DNA of 64,000 nt. Origin: Candidatus Bathyarchaeota archaeon. Its GTDB lineage: Archaea > Thermoproteota > Bathyarchaeia > Bathyarchaeales > Bathycorpusculaceae. The stretch spans positions 224,001 through 288,000 of the forward strand of contig CAWABA010000001.1 of the NCBI GenBank assembly GCA_963780185.1, given 5' to 3'. The notes below the pieces were generated by a model. The model did no database searches, was not told where the DNA came from, and worked only from the letters and a program-made list of their open reading frames with translations. The position numbers and the translations under genes were made by a program. Positions 18,930-29,194 of this stretch are shown in pieces. How positions within the stretch are numbered: the stretch's first letter is position 1; every line of letters starts with the position of its first letter.

Positions 18930-20136
18930 GCAAGAAATAATTGATATTGAAACGCGGTACATGGCGAATGTTTTCTCCAAAAAACCCGTTGTGTTAACCG
19001 ATGGCAAGGGCGCCCTTGTCTGGGATATTTACGGTAAAGAATACGTTGACTGCTCAACGAGCTACGGCGTCGCGTTGCTGGGGCACTGTCACCCACGAGT
19101 TGTCGCTGCAATCCACGCTCAGGCAGACAAACTCATCACATGCCACGGAGCCTACTACAACGATAAACGCGCAGAATTCGTTGACAAACTTGTCCACATA
19201 ACGCCCAAAGGCTTAGACAAAGTCTTTCTATCCAATAGCGGCGCTGAATCAGTCGAATGCGCCATTAAACTCGCCCGCAAATACACGGGCAAACCAGAAA
19301 TCATCGCTTTGATGGGGGCGTTCCACGGCAAAACCATGGGTGCCCTGTCCGCGACGTGGGACAAAAAGTACCGTGAGCCTTTCATGCCTCTGGTTCCAGA
19401 AATCAAGCATGTCGCCCCTGACAGCGCAGACAGAATCCGCGAGGCTATCAGCGAGAAAACGGCGGCGGTTCTTATGGAGCCTATCCGCGGTGAAGGCGGC
19501 GTTCGGGTTCCTCCTGACGGATACCTGCAAGAGGTACGCAAGATATGCGATGAAAAGAATGTTTTGCTTATTTTCGACGAAGTGCAAACGAGTTTCGGGC
19601 GCACGGGTAAGTTGTTCGGTTGCCAAAACTGGGATGTTACGCCTGACGTGATGTGTTTGGCTAAGCCGTTTGCAGGCGGATTGCCCATCGGCATAACAGT
19701 CGCCAAGGAAAATGTTATGTCAGCCTTCAAAGTTGGTGAGCATTCAACTACGTTTAGCGGCAGCCCCTTGGTCTGTGCTGCTGGGTGCGCGGCGATAGAT
19801 GCTCTTGTTGAAGAAAAGTTGACTGAGCGCGCGCTGCAAATGGGCAGCTACTTTAAGGCTGAGCTGGTGCGGTTGCAAGCTAAGCATAAGGTCGTTAGGG
19901 AAGTTCGCGGTTTAGGTTTGATGCTAGGCATGGAGCTGCGTGTCGATGTTTTGAATGTGATTTTGAAGTCGGCTAAGCAGGGTGTTTTGGTGCTGGATGC
20001 TGGGCGGACCGTGGTTCGGCTGCTGCCGCCTTTGGTGATTTCGAAGGACCAGATTGACCGCGCCGTCATGGTGCTGGATGAAGTTTTGGGGGATGTGGAT
20101 AATGAGCGAGCAGGAAGCAGTGCGGTTTCTAACTAA
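18922..20136 (+). CDS. lysJ: [LysW]-semialdehyde aminotransferase (LysJ/ArgD)
   Basis: Class III PLP motifs NSGAES, FHGKT, FDEVQT.FGRTG, LAK. Confidence 0.9.
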   Translation: MNEQEIIDIETRYMANVFSKKPVVLTDGKGALVWDIYGKEYVDCSTSYGVALLGHCHPRVVAAIHAQADKLITCHGAYYNDKRAEFVDKLVHITPKGLDKVFLSNSGAESVECAIKLARKYTGKPEIIALMGAFHGKTMGALSATWDKKYREPFMPLVPEIKHVAPDSADRIREAISEKTAAVLMEPIRGEGGVRVPPDGYLQEVRKICDEKNVLLIFDEVQTSFGRTGKLFGCQNWDVTPDVMCLAKPFAGGLPIGITVAKENVMSAFKVGEHSTTFSGSPLVCAAGCAAIDALVEEKLTERALQMGSYFKAELVRLQAKHKVVREVRGLGLMLGMELRVDVLNVILKSAKQGVLVLDAGRTVVRLLPPLVISKDQIDRAVMVLDEVLGDVDNERAGSSAVSN

Positions 20137-21229
20137 CCTGCTGGGCATTTACAGCCCTTCAGGGAAAGAAGAAGATGCCGCTAACTTTTTAGCGGTTGAA
20201 ATGAAAAAGATGGGTTTTGAAGTCGGCAAAGACACAATAGGAAACGTAATCGGAGTCGTCGGCGAAGGCGAACCCGTCATTTTGCTGTGCGGTCACATGG
20301 ATACGGTGGCTGGGCATCTGCCGCTTCGCATTGAAGAAGGCAAAATCTACGCCCGCGGCGCCGTCGATGCGAAGGGTCCGCTTGCCGCCATGATTATGGC
20401 TGCGGTTTCTGCTTCGAGGGTGCCTGGTTTTGTAGGTAAAGTTTTGGTTGCAAGCGTGGTTGAAGAGGAAGCGACCAGCCGAGGCGTCAAGCACCTTATC
20501 ACCCAAGGCATTAAAGCCGACTACGCTATTTTCGGTGAACCCAGCGGCGTCGAAAACATAACCGTCGGGTACAAAGGGCAAATCCAACTCAAAATTGTTT
20601 GTAAAACCGAGACGGGGCACTCGTCTACGCCGTGGCTCTACGATAACGCGTTGGAGAAGGCGTATGAGGTTTGGGAGCAAATCAAGGTCGCTTCAGCTTT
20701 TCCGTCACTAGACCCTTCTGAGAGCCCGTTCAACGCGGTTACTGCCTGTTTAGTTAAGGTTGCAGGCGGCAGGGCGATGTCGGTGGTTCCTTTTGAGGCT
20801 GAAATGAACGTTGACGTGCGGGTGCCAATCCAGTTTTCGACGGCTCAGGTTTTTGAGCAGATTGAGAAGATTATCGGGAAGTATCAGGTTGCTAACCCCA
20901 AGGTTTCAGTTAAAGCAACCGTGCTGGATACTGTGGAGCCTTTTGAGGTGAACAAGGCTTCGCCGCTTGTCCACGTGTTTTCTTCCTCTGTGCGAAAAGT
21001 GCTAAACAAGCCAGCTACACTTCTGCGCAAGACGGGCACAGGAGACATGAACATTCTGGGAAAAGCCATGAACCTGCCCATCGTAACTTACGGACCAGGC
21101 AACTCCCGCCTTGATCACACACTGGACGAACACATCGACGTAAGCGAATACCTAACTGCGATTCAAGTCTACAAAGAAACCCTGCTCAAACTATCTGAAC
21201 TCTACAACAACAAGAACCCCACCGAGTAA
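20102..21229 (+). CDS. lysK: [LysW]-lysine/ornithine carboxypeptidase (LysK, M20 family)
   Basis: GHMDTV, RGAVDAKGP, VEEE, GEPS, TGTGDMN, YGPG..LDHT; start at ATG 20102. Confidence 0.92.
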   Translation: MSEQEAVRFLTNLLGIYSPSGKEEDAANFLAVEMKKMGFEVGKDTIGNVIGVVGEGEPVILLCGHMDTVAGHLPLRIEEGKIYARGAVDAKGPLAAMIMAAVSASRVPGFVGKVLVASVVEEEATSRGVKHLITQGIKADYAIFGEPSGVENITVGYKGQIQLKIVCKTETGHSSTPWLYDNALEKAYEVWEQIKVASAFPSLDPSESPFNAVTACLVKVAGGRAMSVVPFEAEMNVDVRVPIQFSTAQVFEQIEKIIGKYQVANPKVSVKATVLDTVEPFEVNKASPLVHVFSSSVRKVLNKPATLLRKTGTGDMNILGKAMNLPIVTYGPGNSRLDHTLDEHIDVSEYLTAIQVYKETLLKLSELYNNKNPTE

Positions 21230-21259
21230 AGCTAACTAGTTTTTGTGGTTGGTTTTGGT

Positions 21260-21323
21260 TGTAAAAATCGGGTACCCCTTTTGAGTCGTGCTCTGTCTCT
21301 CTCACAGCTACCCTCCTCGGTCT
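21260..21323 (-). repeat. Second copy of the GGGGTACCC/CGAGGAGGG intergenic element
   Basis: Minus strand has AGACCGAGGAGGGTA...AGGGGTACCCGATTTTTACA; both modules also occur at 4276-4340. Confidence 0.6.
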
Positions 21324-21441
21324 AATAGATGAACCAAATATGTCCCAAATATGAATCAGCATGCCTCAACGTGCACTCGCCCCGCGTTTTTCCATGTGGA
21401 ATAAGTCTTTTTCAACATCAAATGACCGAATTCGCTTGGTT

Positions 21442-23367
21442 TTATGGCAGGGTTTTGGAGTTTTCTGCAGCTTTCTTTACTTTCTTAACGTAGAGCGCCG
21501 CCACTATGGTTGCCGCCGCCAAGATGGCTATAACCACGTACAAGGCGAGGTTTGGGTTGCCAGGGGTGCTGGTTGGTTTTTGTGTTGTTTGCGGCTGGGG
21601 GCTGGTGTTTGGGGTTTGGATTGCGATGTTTTTGAAGGCGATGGCGGTGTCTTCGTTGTTTGTTAGAAGCAGAACCGCTGGGTTGCTCATGTTTTGGCTG
21701 CTTGCGCTCTGGATTAAGATGCCGTTTTCGTAGCTTAGGCTGGTGGATGCACTGTTGCCGTTTACTGTGGTGGTTATTTGGTACCAGACGTTTTCTTTGA
21801 TGTTTCCTGTGGCGTTTGTGACTGTTGCGGTTGTCTGCATGTTTGAGAGGTCTTCTTGGCTTAGTCCTTTGATGTTTAGGCTGTAGTTGCCTGCGGTGTT
21901 TTGGAGGATAAGGCTGAATTGGTTGTCAAGGGTCTGGTTAAAATCGTCGGGCAACATAAGCGGCTCAAAACCCTGAGGAACATCTAACGGAACCGTTTCG
22001 TTGTGAGCAGGTATCTCCACAGCCATTACTTTTCCATTATGCATAAGCAACCTTTGTACGCTGGCGGACACGCTTACGTTGGTGGTCGGCACGTTTGATA
22101 TGGTTTGTCCAGCCGGCAGCACGATAAAGTTGTAGCTCAAAGAAGCCTCCGAGCCTAACGGTACCGTGAGGAAGCTGTTTGCGCCCTGCATCGCCAGCGT
22201 TGCGAACTCTGACAAGCCGGCTTGCCCAAAGATAAAGTTGTAGCCTATTGAGTTGAACTGGTAATATGATTGGGGCCCAACGAAGATTGGTACGGTTTGG
22301 CTGTCGGTGCATGCGTAGTTTGAAGCGCCGTTCCAGTTTGCCGTTATGTAGTAGGTTCCTGTGGAGGTGAAGTTCCAGGTGAAGATGTAGTTGCCGTCAA
22401 TGTCCGTTACGGCGTTGAGGAAGTTGAGGGATTCACCGTAGCTGGTGCTCGTGTAGATGTATATGTTGACTGTTTGGCTTGGGATCGCCGGGGTAATTGA
22501 GCCTGAGATCGAGATGGATCTTTCGCCGTTAACGTCGGTGCTTGATGCCTGCTGGCTGGGGTTCATTGTTATGGTTGAAGGAACCAGTTTGGTGTTTAAG
22601 CTGGCTGAAATTGCGGCTGGAGGCAGAGAATGCGACTGTGCGGCGTTATCTATGGGGATGATGTTGGCTTCTGCGTTGGCTAATGCTTGGGATTGGTCTC
22701 CGACTTTCCAGTTGCCTTCAGGCGTGGCTTCAGCGGTCCAGTAGGTTTTGTTTTGGTAGGTGACGCTCGTGGGCGATTCGAAGGCGGTGTGAAAGTTCGG
22801 GGTGTAAGGCAGGTAGACTCCGACGTTCATGTGCTGCGGGTTTATGCCTGTGTAGAGAATTAAAACAACGTCTAATCCGCCGGCTTCCATGATGGATGCG
22901 GTGAGAAGCGACAATCCGACACAGTCTCCCCTGTTGGTTGCCAGCGTTTCTACAGGGTACTTGGGATCAGTGATATTGTATGACATTTGATGGACGAATC
23001 CTAGCACGGCATCGGCAAACTGTTCGTCGGGGTTGCGCAGGTTGTCAGTGACTTTAAGAAGAGACTCTGCTATGGGCGCCACTGCCTCCGGCGTGATGAA
23101 CTGTGCGTAGTCGCTGTTGTCGCCTATTGAATGAGTCAAGTTACCGTAATAGTTGACGAGCGACAGCGGGGTTGAGATGTAGAGTTTTTGGTTGTGCCCG
23201 CCAAACAGAAGCCTTGGCTGCACGTTAATGATGCTGTATTGGTGGCTGACAGTAGACGGAGGCTTAATCGTGTAGGTTCTATCAATGTTGCCAACCGCCG
23301 TTAAAGGCATCATGCACGCCGCTAAAAGAATTATGAACAGAAAAACAACAGTTTTCTGATGATCCAA
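21442..23367 (-). CDS. Secreted, C-terminally anchored transglutaminase-like protein with an Ig-like domain
   Basis: Signal peptide; YPVETL...GDC, QHMNVGV and AEAT papain-like triad pattern; C-terminal TM plus basic tail. Confidence 0.7.
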   Translation of the reverse strand: MDHQKTVVFLFIILLAACMMPLTAVGNIDRTYTIKPPSTVSHQYSIINVQPRLLFGGHNQKLYISTPLSLVNYYGNLTHSIGDNSDYAQFITPEAVAPIAESLLKVTDNLRNPDEQFADAVLGFVHQMSYNITDPKYPVETLATNRGDCVGLSLLTASIMEAGGLDVVLILYTGINPQHMNVGVYLPYTPNFHTAFESPTSVTYQNKTYWTAEATPEGNWKVGDQSQALANAEANIIPIDNAAQSHSLPPAAISASLNTKLVPSTITMNPSQQASSTDVNGERSISISGSITPAIPSQTVNIYIYTSTSYGESLNFLNAVTDIDGNYIFTWNFTSTGTYYITANWNGASNYACTDSQTVPIFVGPQSYYQFNSIGYNFIFGQAGLSEFATLAMQGANSFLTVPLGSEASLSYNFIVLPAGQTISNVPTTNVSVSASVQRLLMHNGKVMAVEIPAHNETVPLDVPQGFEPLMLPDDFNQTLDNQFSLILQNTAGNYSLNIKGLSQEDLSNMQTTATVTNATGNIKENVWYQITTTVNGNSASTSLSYENGILIQSASSQNMSNPAVLLLTNNEDTAIAFKNIAIQTPNTSPQPQTTQKPTSTPGNPNLALYVVIAILAAATIVAALYVKKVKKAAENSKTLP

Positions 23368-23562
23368 AATTCATGTGCCTCCTAAAGCATTGCCCGGTGC
23401 CGAACCGACAATAATATGGACATTTGCCATGCATTTATCTTTTATCCCATATTCCCCCAGAAGCATCCCCTATGTTGGTTAACGTAAAAAAGTGGTTGGA
23501 AGCTTCCTTTAGGCAAGGTTTTTGAGCTTTAATGTTACTCTTAATTCTGAAGGTTATTTGTT

Positions 23563-23883
23563 TTGAGCGATGGTTTTGTTGTTTCGATGAAAGAAGACGA
23601 GCTCGGGGAAGGCAAAATGAAAGCCATCCGGCTCAAAGGTAAACCTATCTTGCTGGTAAGGGTCGGCGGCGAAGTTTATGGTGTTTCAAACGTTTGCCCT
23701 CACGCAGGCTGCAGCTTCCAAGCAGGCATCCTGACGGGTTACACGTTGATGTGTCCTTGTCACGGCTGGAAATTCGATGTGCGAAACGGGCAATACCAAG
23801 AAATCCCCAATGTGAAGCTGTCTTGTTACCCCTGCAAGGTCGAAAATGGCAGAATATTTGTGGAAATCGCGAAAGACAAGTAA
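23563..23883 (+). CDS. Rieske [2Fe-2S] ferredoxin
   Basis: CPHAG...CPCHGWKFD. Confidence 0.92.
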   Translation: MSDGFVVSMKEDELGEGKMKAIRLKGKPILLVRVGGEVYGVSNVCPHAGCSFQAGILTGYTLMCPCHGWKFDVRNGQYQEIPNVKLSCYPCKVENGRIFVEIAKDK

Positions 23884-23983
23884 AACTACTTTTGCTTCCG
23901 TAAGAAAAACGGCGCAAATCCTTGAGAACCAAGATAGAAGAAAAATCCTTTAGCGCAATAGGGGGAAATATGCCTAAGTTAGG

Positions 23984-24958
23984 TTAGGCGTTGGGGTTTT
24001 GGCTTAACTGCTGTAGTGCCCTAAGACGCTTGGTTACGTTCGGGTGAGTCGAGAAAGCTTCTGCCACTTTGTCTTTGCCTGTTACTTTTCTCGAAAGGAT
24101 TTCTTGAACCATAAGCTGTGCGTCCCAGCTTTTTGCGGCTTGGTCTGAATCGCCTGGGTCGGATATGAAAAGGCATTTGAAAGCACTTACGCCATTCTGC
24201 TGACCTTGCCCTCTTGACTTGTTTGGTTTCTTTGAGGCGCTGACGATTTTCGCGAGACCCGTCGAAAGCTTCCATGCACCGTTATCCACCACTTGAACGC
24301 TGTTCCTATCTGCGTAGTATTCACGTACTCTGCTGAGCCACAGCGTGAAGAAGGTAAGCAGATAGCCGAATCCCATCAAGCCGATGCCGATGATTGCTCC
24401 GTTGCCGTTGCCGCCGCCGCTTCTTTTGCTTCCGCCCGAAGCCACTCCTGACCACATAAGTGAATATCCAAGGTACATGAAAACAGAAGGCAACACGGAA
24501 ACAGCCATCATAACTTGAACGTCTTTATGTCTAAGATGTCCCAATTCATGTCCTAAAACCGCTTCAACTTCGTCAGTGTTCAGCGCCGTTAGCAACCCCG
24601 GCGTGACTGCGACGCGGCTGCCTGTAAGCGGTGAACCATACGCGAAAGCGTTTGGAACAGGAACCTGAGCTAGCATAAGCTCTGGTGTTTTTATATGGCA
24701 TTTCTGGCTTAGGTTATTGACGATTTGGTGAAGTTGTGGATTTTCTGCTTGAGTTATTTTTCTTATCTTGTAAACAAAGCCAAGCAAGTATGGTGCGAAG
24801 AGCCATTCGGCAATGTTTATGCCTACTACGATTACGCCTACTGCAATTATGTTGAAGACACCGAAGTAGAGCATAATGCCTGTTAAAACTAGCGTTGACA
24901 ACCCGATGATGATGGTGAGGGTTGCCAGCATTGAAAGTCTAAGTTCAACTATACCCAT
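23984..24958 (-). CDS. htpX: Zinc metalloprotease HtpX (M48)
   Basis: PNAFAYG, HELGH, SRVREYYAD, STHP; start placed at ATG 24958. Confidence 0.92.
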   Translation of the reverse strand: MGIVELRLSMLATLTIIIGLSTLVLTGIMLYFGVFNIIAVGVIVVGINIAEWLFAPYLLGFVYKIRKITQAENPQLHQIVNNLSQKCHIKTPELMLAQVPVPNAFAYGSPLTGSRVAVTPGLLTALNTDEVEAVLGHELGHLRHKDVQVMMAVSVLPSVFMYLGYSLMWSGVASGGSKRSGGGNGNGAIIGIGLMGFGYLLTFFTLWLSRVREYYADRNSVQVVDNGAWKLSTGLAKIVSASKKPNKSRGQGQQNGVSAFKCLFISDPGDSDQAAKSWDAQLMVQEILSRKVTGKDKVAEAFSTHPNVTKRLRALQQLSQNPNA

Positions 24959-25179
24959 ATTGGTCTTTATTGGCATGCGCAAAAGCCGCTTATATTTTTT
25001 GCTTATTACAAAGGCTATTTGATAAGGAAATTTGCAAAGGTAGTCGACGTTTTTCTTCGCCAATTCAGACGGCAAGGTACTCTTGGTTTTCTTGAGTAAA
25101 GCGAGCGGTGTGTCGATAGTGTTTAATATTAAAATAGGATGAATTAAGTAACTAATGCAATCGTCATGGGTGAGGATTA

Positions 25180-25605
25180 ATGATGGGCGAAAATAACATG
25201 GATAATTTAGAAATCGAGATTGACCCTCATGCTCTTGAATTCCTTAAGAAAAGCGGCGACGTCTTCGTCCTAACAGATGTTCAAAACCCACAGTACTCCT
25301 ACTACCGGATTAAAGGTTTTGACTCGAACCTTAACGTCAAGTTCGAAGAATTCGTGGAAGTCTGCAAAGGATACCCTGAAGAAGGACCAGCTGACCCAAA
25401 CAACCCAACCCCAGAATTTGTCGTCACCGTATTTAACGTCAATTCGCCCTCAAGCACCATGCCTTCTAACTTGGCATTTTACGTCGCGAAATCTGGTTTC
25501 AAGACGATTGACGACTGGTTAAAAAGCCTAAAAGCCGATGAAATTCCTGATTGCGAAAGCGGATACAAAAAGACGTTCTATCTCTATCGCATACAAACCT
25601 CCTAA
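25180..25605 (+). CDS. Hypothetical protein
   Basis: 141-aa ORF with GGTGAGG SD; no recognised family. Confidence 0.65.
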   Translation: MMGENNMDNLEIEIDPHALEFLKKSGDVFVLTDVQNPQYSYYRIKGFDSNLNVKFEEFVEVCKGYPEEGPADPNNPTPEFVVTVFNVNSPSSTMPSNLAFYVAKSGFKTIDDWLKSLKADEIPDCESGYKKTFYLYRIQTS

Positions 25606-25730
25606 AACCGCTCGGGCTCAAAATTCCCCATTGCGGGACTCGTTGCAACTCACCTTTTCTGAATGGAAAATTTTAAAAGCCATCGTTCAATGTGGTTTAT
25701 TCAATCTAAGTTTATTGAAGATGGACAAAA

Positions 25731-26999
25731 ATGAAGAGATTACTTGCCGTGTTGCTTCTAGGCGTTTTATGTTTGTCGGTTTTTGTAGCATTCGCGCCAA
25801 AAGGAACGGCGCAGCAATCTGTAGACTGGTGGTCCACATTCCGCCATGACCCCGCGCATACAGCCTACTCTACTTCAACTGGACCAACGACAAACACAAT
25901 ACTATGGAGTTACGCGGCCCTCAGTTCTATAGATTACAGTTCCCCCGCCGTTGTCAACGGAGTAGTCTACGTTGCTTCAGACGATCATTACGTTTACGCC
26001 TTAAATGCTGCAAACGGAGGCTACATCTGGAGCTACCACACCGGCGGTTCCATCGATTCTTCCCCAGCAGTCGCCAATGGCCTACTCTATATAGGCTCAG
26101 AGGATCACAAAGTTTACGCCCTAAACGCTACTTCAGGCGTCAAGTTATGGAGCTACTCTACAGGCGACAAGGTCGAATCTTCACCAGCAGTTGTAGACGG
26201 TGTAGTGTATGTTGGTTCGGACGACAGCAAAGTTTACGCGTTAAACGCTCAAACAGGCACCAAAGAGTGGAGTTACAGCACGGGTGACGCGGTTGTTTCC
26301 TCACCTGCAGTTGCAGACGGCGTGGTTTTTGTTGGTTCCGAAGACAAAAACGTGTACGCTTTGAATGCTGCAACGGGCAGTAAAATCTGGAGCTACGCAA
26401 CCACCAACTCAGTAGATTCCTCTCCTGCAGTTTCCAATGGAGTGGTATACATAGGTTCAGATGACGACAACTTGTACGCTATAAGCGTCCAAACTGGCAC
26501 CAGAGTCTGGAGCTTCGGTACAGGTAGCTCAATTGATTCCTGCCCCGCTGTCGCTAACGGCGTTGTTTACGTCGGTTCAGAAGACCAGAACGTTTACGCT
26601 GTGAACGCTTTATCGGGCAGCAAAATATGGAGCTACCCCACAGGTAGCCAAGTTGAGTCTTCTCCCGTCGTAGTTAACGGCTTATTATATGTCGGTTCAG
26701 ACGACGACAACGTGTACGCATTGAATGCTTCAACAGGCACAACAGTTTGGACTTACGGAACTACCAACCTAGTAGATTCTTCCCCTGCAGTCGCAAACGG
26801 CGTAGTCTACGTGGGTTCAGACGACAAAAGCGTCTACGCTTTCGGCACAATTACGGTTTCCCAACCATCCCCGTATGTGCCGCCAGTTCCCGAGTTCCCA
26901 AGCCAAGCAGTTGCCCTGCTATTGGTTGCCTTCGTAGCTTGCACCGCCTTCGCCATATTTGCGGCGAAAAAGAAGCGCGTTTACGGAAAAAGTTTTTAG
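25731..26999 (+). CDS. Secreted eight-bladed PQQ-like (BamB/AfsK-type) beta-propeller with PEF-CTERM-like tail
   Basis: Eight 40-aa repeats SSPAVxNGVVYVGSDDxxVYALNA; VPEFP followed by TM and KKKR. Confidence 0.9.
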   Translation: MKRLLAVLLLGVLCLSVFVAFAPKGTAQQSVDWWSTFRHDPAHTAYSTSTGPTTNTILWSYAALSSIDYSSPAVVNGVVYVASDDHYVYALNAANGGYIWSYHTGGSIDSSPAVANGLLYIGSEDHKVYALNATSGVKLWSYSTGDKVESSPAVVDGVVYVGSDDSKVYALNAQTGTKEWSYSTGDAVVSSPAVADGVVFVGSEDKNVYALNAATGSKIWSYATTNSVDSSPAVSNGVVYIGSDDDNLYAISVQTGTRVWSFGTGSSIDSCPAVANGVVYVGSEDQNVYAVNALSGSKIWSYPTGSQVESSPVVVNGLLYVGSDDDNVYALNASTGTTVWTYGTTNLVDSSPAVANGVVYVGSDDKSVYAFGTITVSQPSPYVPPVPEFPSQAVALLLVAFVACTAFAIFAAKKKRVYGKSF

Positions 27000-27037
27000 C
27001 GAAAGGCAGCCAAAAATTTCTTTGAACCAGCCCTGCG

Positions 27038-27202
27038 TTAAGTTGGTTTCTGCGAAAATTCACGTTGTTTCTGTATTCTGGCGCTGTACCAATTCCAAAT
27101 CTTGTCCGCTGCGTCCTCGGAGTACCCGGAGTTAGCGAGTTCTCTTTTGAACGTGCGTTGAGAAGGCGCCCTCCGCTTTTTAGTGTTCTGCAGCTGTCGC
27201 AT
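27038..27202 (-). CDS. Small 54-aa hypothetical protein (below the ORF-track cutoff)
   Basis: MRQLQNTKKRRAPSQRTFKRELANSGYSEDAADKIWNWYSARIQKQREFSQKPT, preceded by an AT-rich promoter-like tract. Confidence 0.45.
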   Translation of the reverse strand: MRQLQNTKKRRAPSQRTFKRELANSGYSEDAADKIWNWYSARIQKQREFSQKPT

Positions 27203-27574
27203 ACTTTTTCTGCAGTGTAAAAAATAATAAAGGTTGTGAATTTTGAATCAAATTAGTAGATGTGTACAACACAGACACAGCTCGCAATCCCTATCTGCGT
27301 CTTGTGTCATTTCAGCGGGTTCCACGATTTTCCGTTTGCAAGGTGCTCTGCAGAAAATGGGCTGAAACGGCGTCTAAACCGTAAAAAACAATTTTCTAAT
27401 CTTGAACGACCTGAAAGGCTGCCTGAAGATTTTCATTGACCTCGTCTGAAGGCTTTCTTTCATCTGGTGATGGAAAAGGAGAAGATTTAAGAGTCAAACC
27501 TAGGGGTTGCGCATTTTCTGGTTTGAGAACTTTTAAATAATGCATTATTCTGGTAGTTATGTGAGGTTTTTGGT

Positions 27575-28009
27575 TTGTTCGGCGGGTATTTGACTATTGC
27601 GGGGCGCAATGTGGACCTTGCGGGTTTGCTTGTTACTTTGGTTGGGTTGATTATTCTTTGGGTAATCGTTTCGATTCCTGTTTGGCTTGCGGGAAAAGCG
27701 GTTACAGGGGGCAAAGCAACTTTCGGGGATGCGTTGCTTGCGACGCTTGCGGGGCCAATCGTGTACTTCATCGTTTCTTTTTTGGTAGGTTTCTTCCTTA
27801 GTTCGCTGGTTGGGTCAGCTGCCTTGGTCTTCGGCTACATTTTGGCGCTTCTCGCTTGGATCTGGGTTTTCAAAGCCAGCTTCCAGACGGGTTGGCTTAG
27901 GGCAATCGCGATTGCGATTCTAGCATGGGTCCTCTTCATCGTGCTGAGCATTGTGGTAGGCGCGCTGTTCGGAGCAGCGTATCCGGCGCCGTTCTTCCCA
28001 AAAATCTAA
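27575..28009 (+). CDS. Integral membrane hypothetical protein (about 4 TM)
   Basis: Hydrophobic helices; GAGG SD. Confidence 0.75.
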   Translation: MFGGYLTIAGRNVDLAGLLVTLVGLIILWVIVSIPVWLAGKAVTGGKATFGDALLATLAGPIVYFIVSFLVGFFLSSLVGSAALVFGYILALLAWIWVFKASFQTGWLRAIAIAILAWVLFIVLSIVVGALFGAAYPAPFFPKI

Positions 28010-28088
28010 ACCCAAGCCCCGACACGGCAGTGCAGCTTTGCGTTTTTCCAGCAAGCAACTCATTCTGCCGACCCAGCCCGTTTTCCTT

Positions 28089-28210
28089 GACTTTATTTGA
28101 CTATTTGCGACTACTACAGACTATTCAGGACTACTGTTGACTATTAATGACTCAACCCGCAAACACTACAAACCCCAAACCAAAAAAACAACCCAAAACA
28201 CAAACACCAA
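28089..28210 (+). repeat. 122-bp element, copy 1: seven GACT motifs at 10-bp period plus a C/A-rich tail
   Basis: GACT at 28089, 28099, 28109, 28119, 28129, 28139, 28149; matches the reverse complement of 32104-32225 at 118/122. Confidence 0.95.
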
Positions 28211-28267
28211 GCCACGGCGTTTTTAGCTTCGGTTCCTGCAACAGCAACGATTATAGGTTATGATGGG

Positions 28268-28495
28268 TTGGTGACTGTGGTGTGCCAGATGAATTCGTCA
28301 AGCGGTTCTGTTTCAGCTGATATACGAAAAAAGAAGCAGATCATCGGTGTAGTAGCGATTGCGTTAGTGGTGCTGTTCGTTATCCTCCTGTTCTTTAGTA
28401 TTCTAACCATAATTCCCTTTCTCATAGCCGATTTAATCGTCGGGTTAGCAGCTAACTACATTTTCCGAAGGCTCGACAGACAAGCCACCCGATAA
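28268..28495 (+). CDS. Small two-TM membrane protein
   Basis: Basic patch followed by a hydrophobic hairpin. Confidence 0.6.
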   Translation: MVTVVCQMNSSSGSVSADIRKKKQIIGVVAIALVVLFVILLFFSILTIIPFLIADLIVGLAANYIFRRLDRQATR

Positions 28496-28516
28496 AAACT
28501 GCCCCTGCCCCGTTTA

Positions 28517-29158
28517 ATGAGCAGACAATTAAGCAAATTATTTATTCTGGAAGCCGCTGAAACTAGCAAGCAAGTGAACTCGATGAATCCTTTATTGCTA
28601 AAATTCAAGAAGGTAGTTGGAACGGAAGGCTACATACTGGGTGAAATTAACGATTTGCACGTTGACTTCAACTCGTGGCAAGCCACCGCCTTCTACGTCA
28701 TCCTCAGCGATGAGGCAGCCGCAGAACTCAACTTGAAAAAGCCGTTCCTGCGCAGGATAATGGTGTGTCTACCTACAGAGATGATAAAGGCAGTTGGTGA
28801 CGTAGTGACGCTTAAGGAGCCGATAAGAAACCTCAAGGATGTGGCGGAACGGGAGATGCAGGTAAAAATTGTCAAAGTCGAAGGGAAAAGAGTCGTTAGC
28901 CCAAGCGGCTTCGTGGTAGGCGAGGTCGAGGGGATAGACGTTGATTTTAGCAGCTGGCGGGTTAAGGGTTTACAAGTTGCGTTAACTGAAGAAGCCGCGT
29001 TGGAACTCGGGTTCAGCCGACCCTTCCTAAGCAAGGTAGTTGTTGTTGTTCCAAGCACCGTAGTAGGCGCCATCGAAAACTTCGTCACGTTACATGAAGG
29101 CATGGAAAACCTCAAATCACTGGTCGAATGCATAAGATCCTGCCAGCTACAAAAATAG
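28517..29158 (+). CDS. Tandem PRC-barrel domain protein
   Basis: Two repeats of KxVVxxxGxxLGEI/VxxxxVDFxSWxV...AV/IGD/ENxVTL. Confidence 0.8.
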   Translation: MSRQLSKLFILEAAETSKQVNSMNPLLLKFKKVVGTEGYILGEINDLHVDFNSWQATAFYVILSDEAAAELNLKKPFLRRIMVCLPTEMIKAVGDVVTLKEPIRNLKDVAEREMQVKIVKVEGKRVVSPSGFVVGEVEGIDVDFSSWRVKGLQVALTEEAALELGFSRPFLSKVVVVVPSTVVGAIENFVTLHEGMENLKSLVECIRSCQLQK

Positions 29159-29194
29159 AAAAACAGAAGCCGGCTTTTTAGGCAAAACTTTCCT

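Noticed and set aside
25930-26850. 120-bp periodic DNA repeats
   Set aside because: Fully explained by the eight 40-aa propeller blades of the coding sequence
28089-28158. GACT array as a CRISPR array
   Set aside because: The 10-bp period is far too short for repeat-spacer units and there are no cas genes in the window
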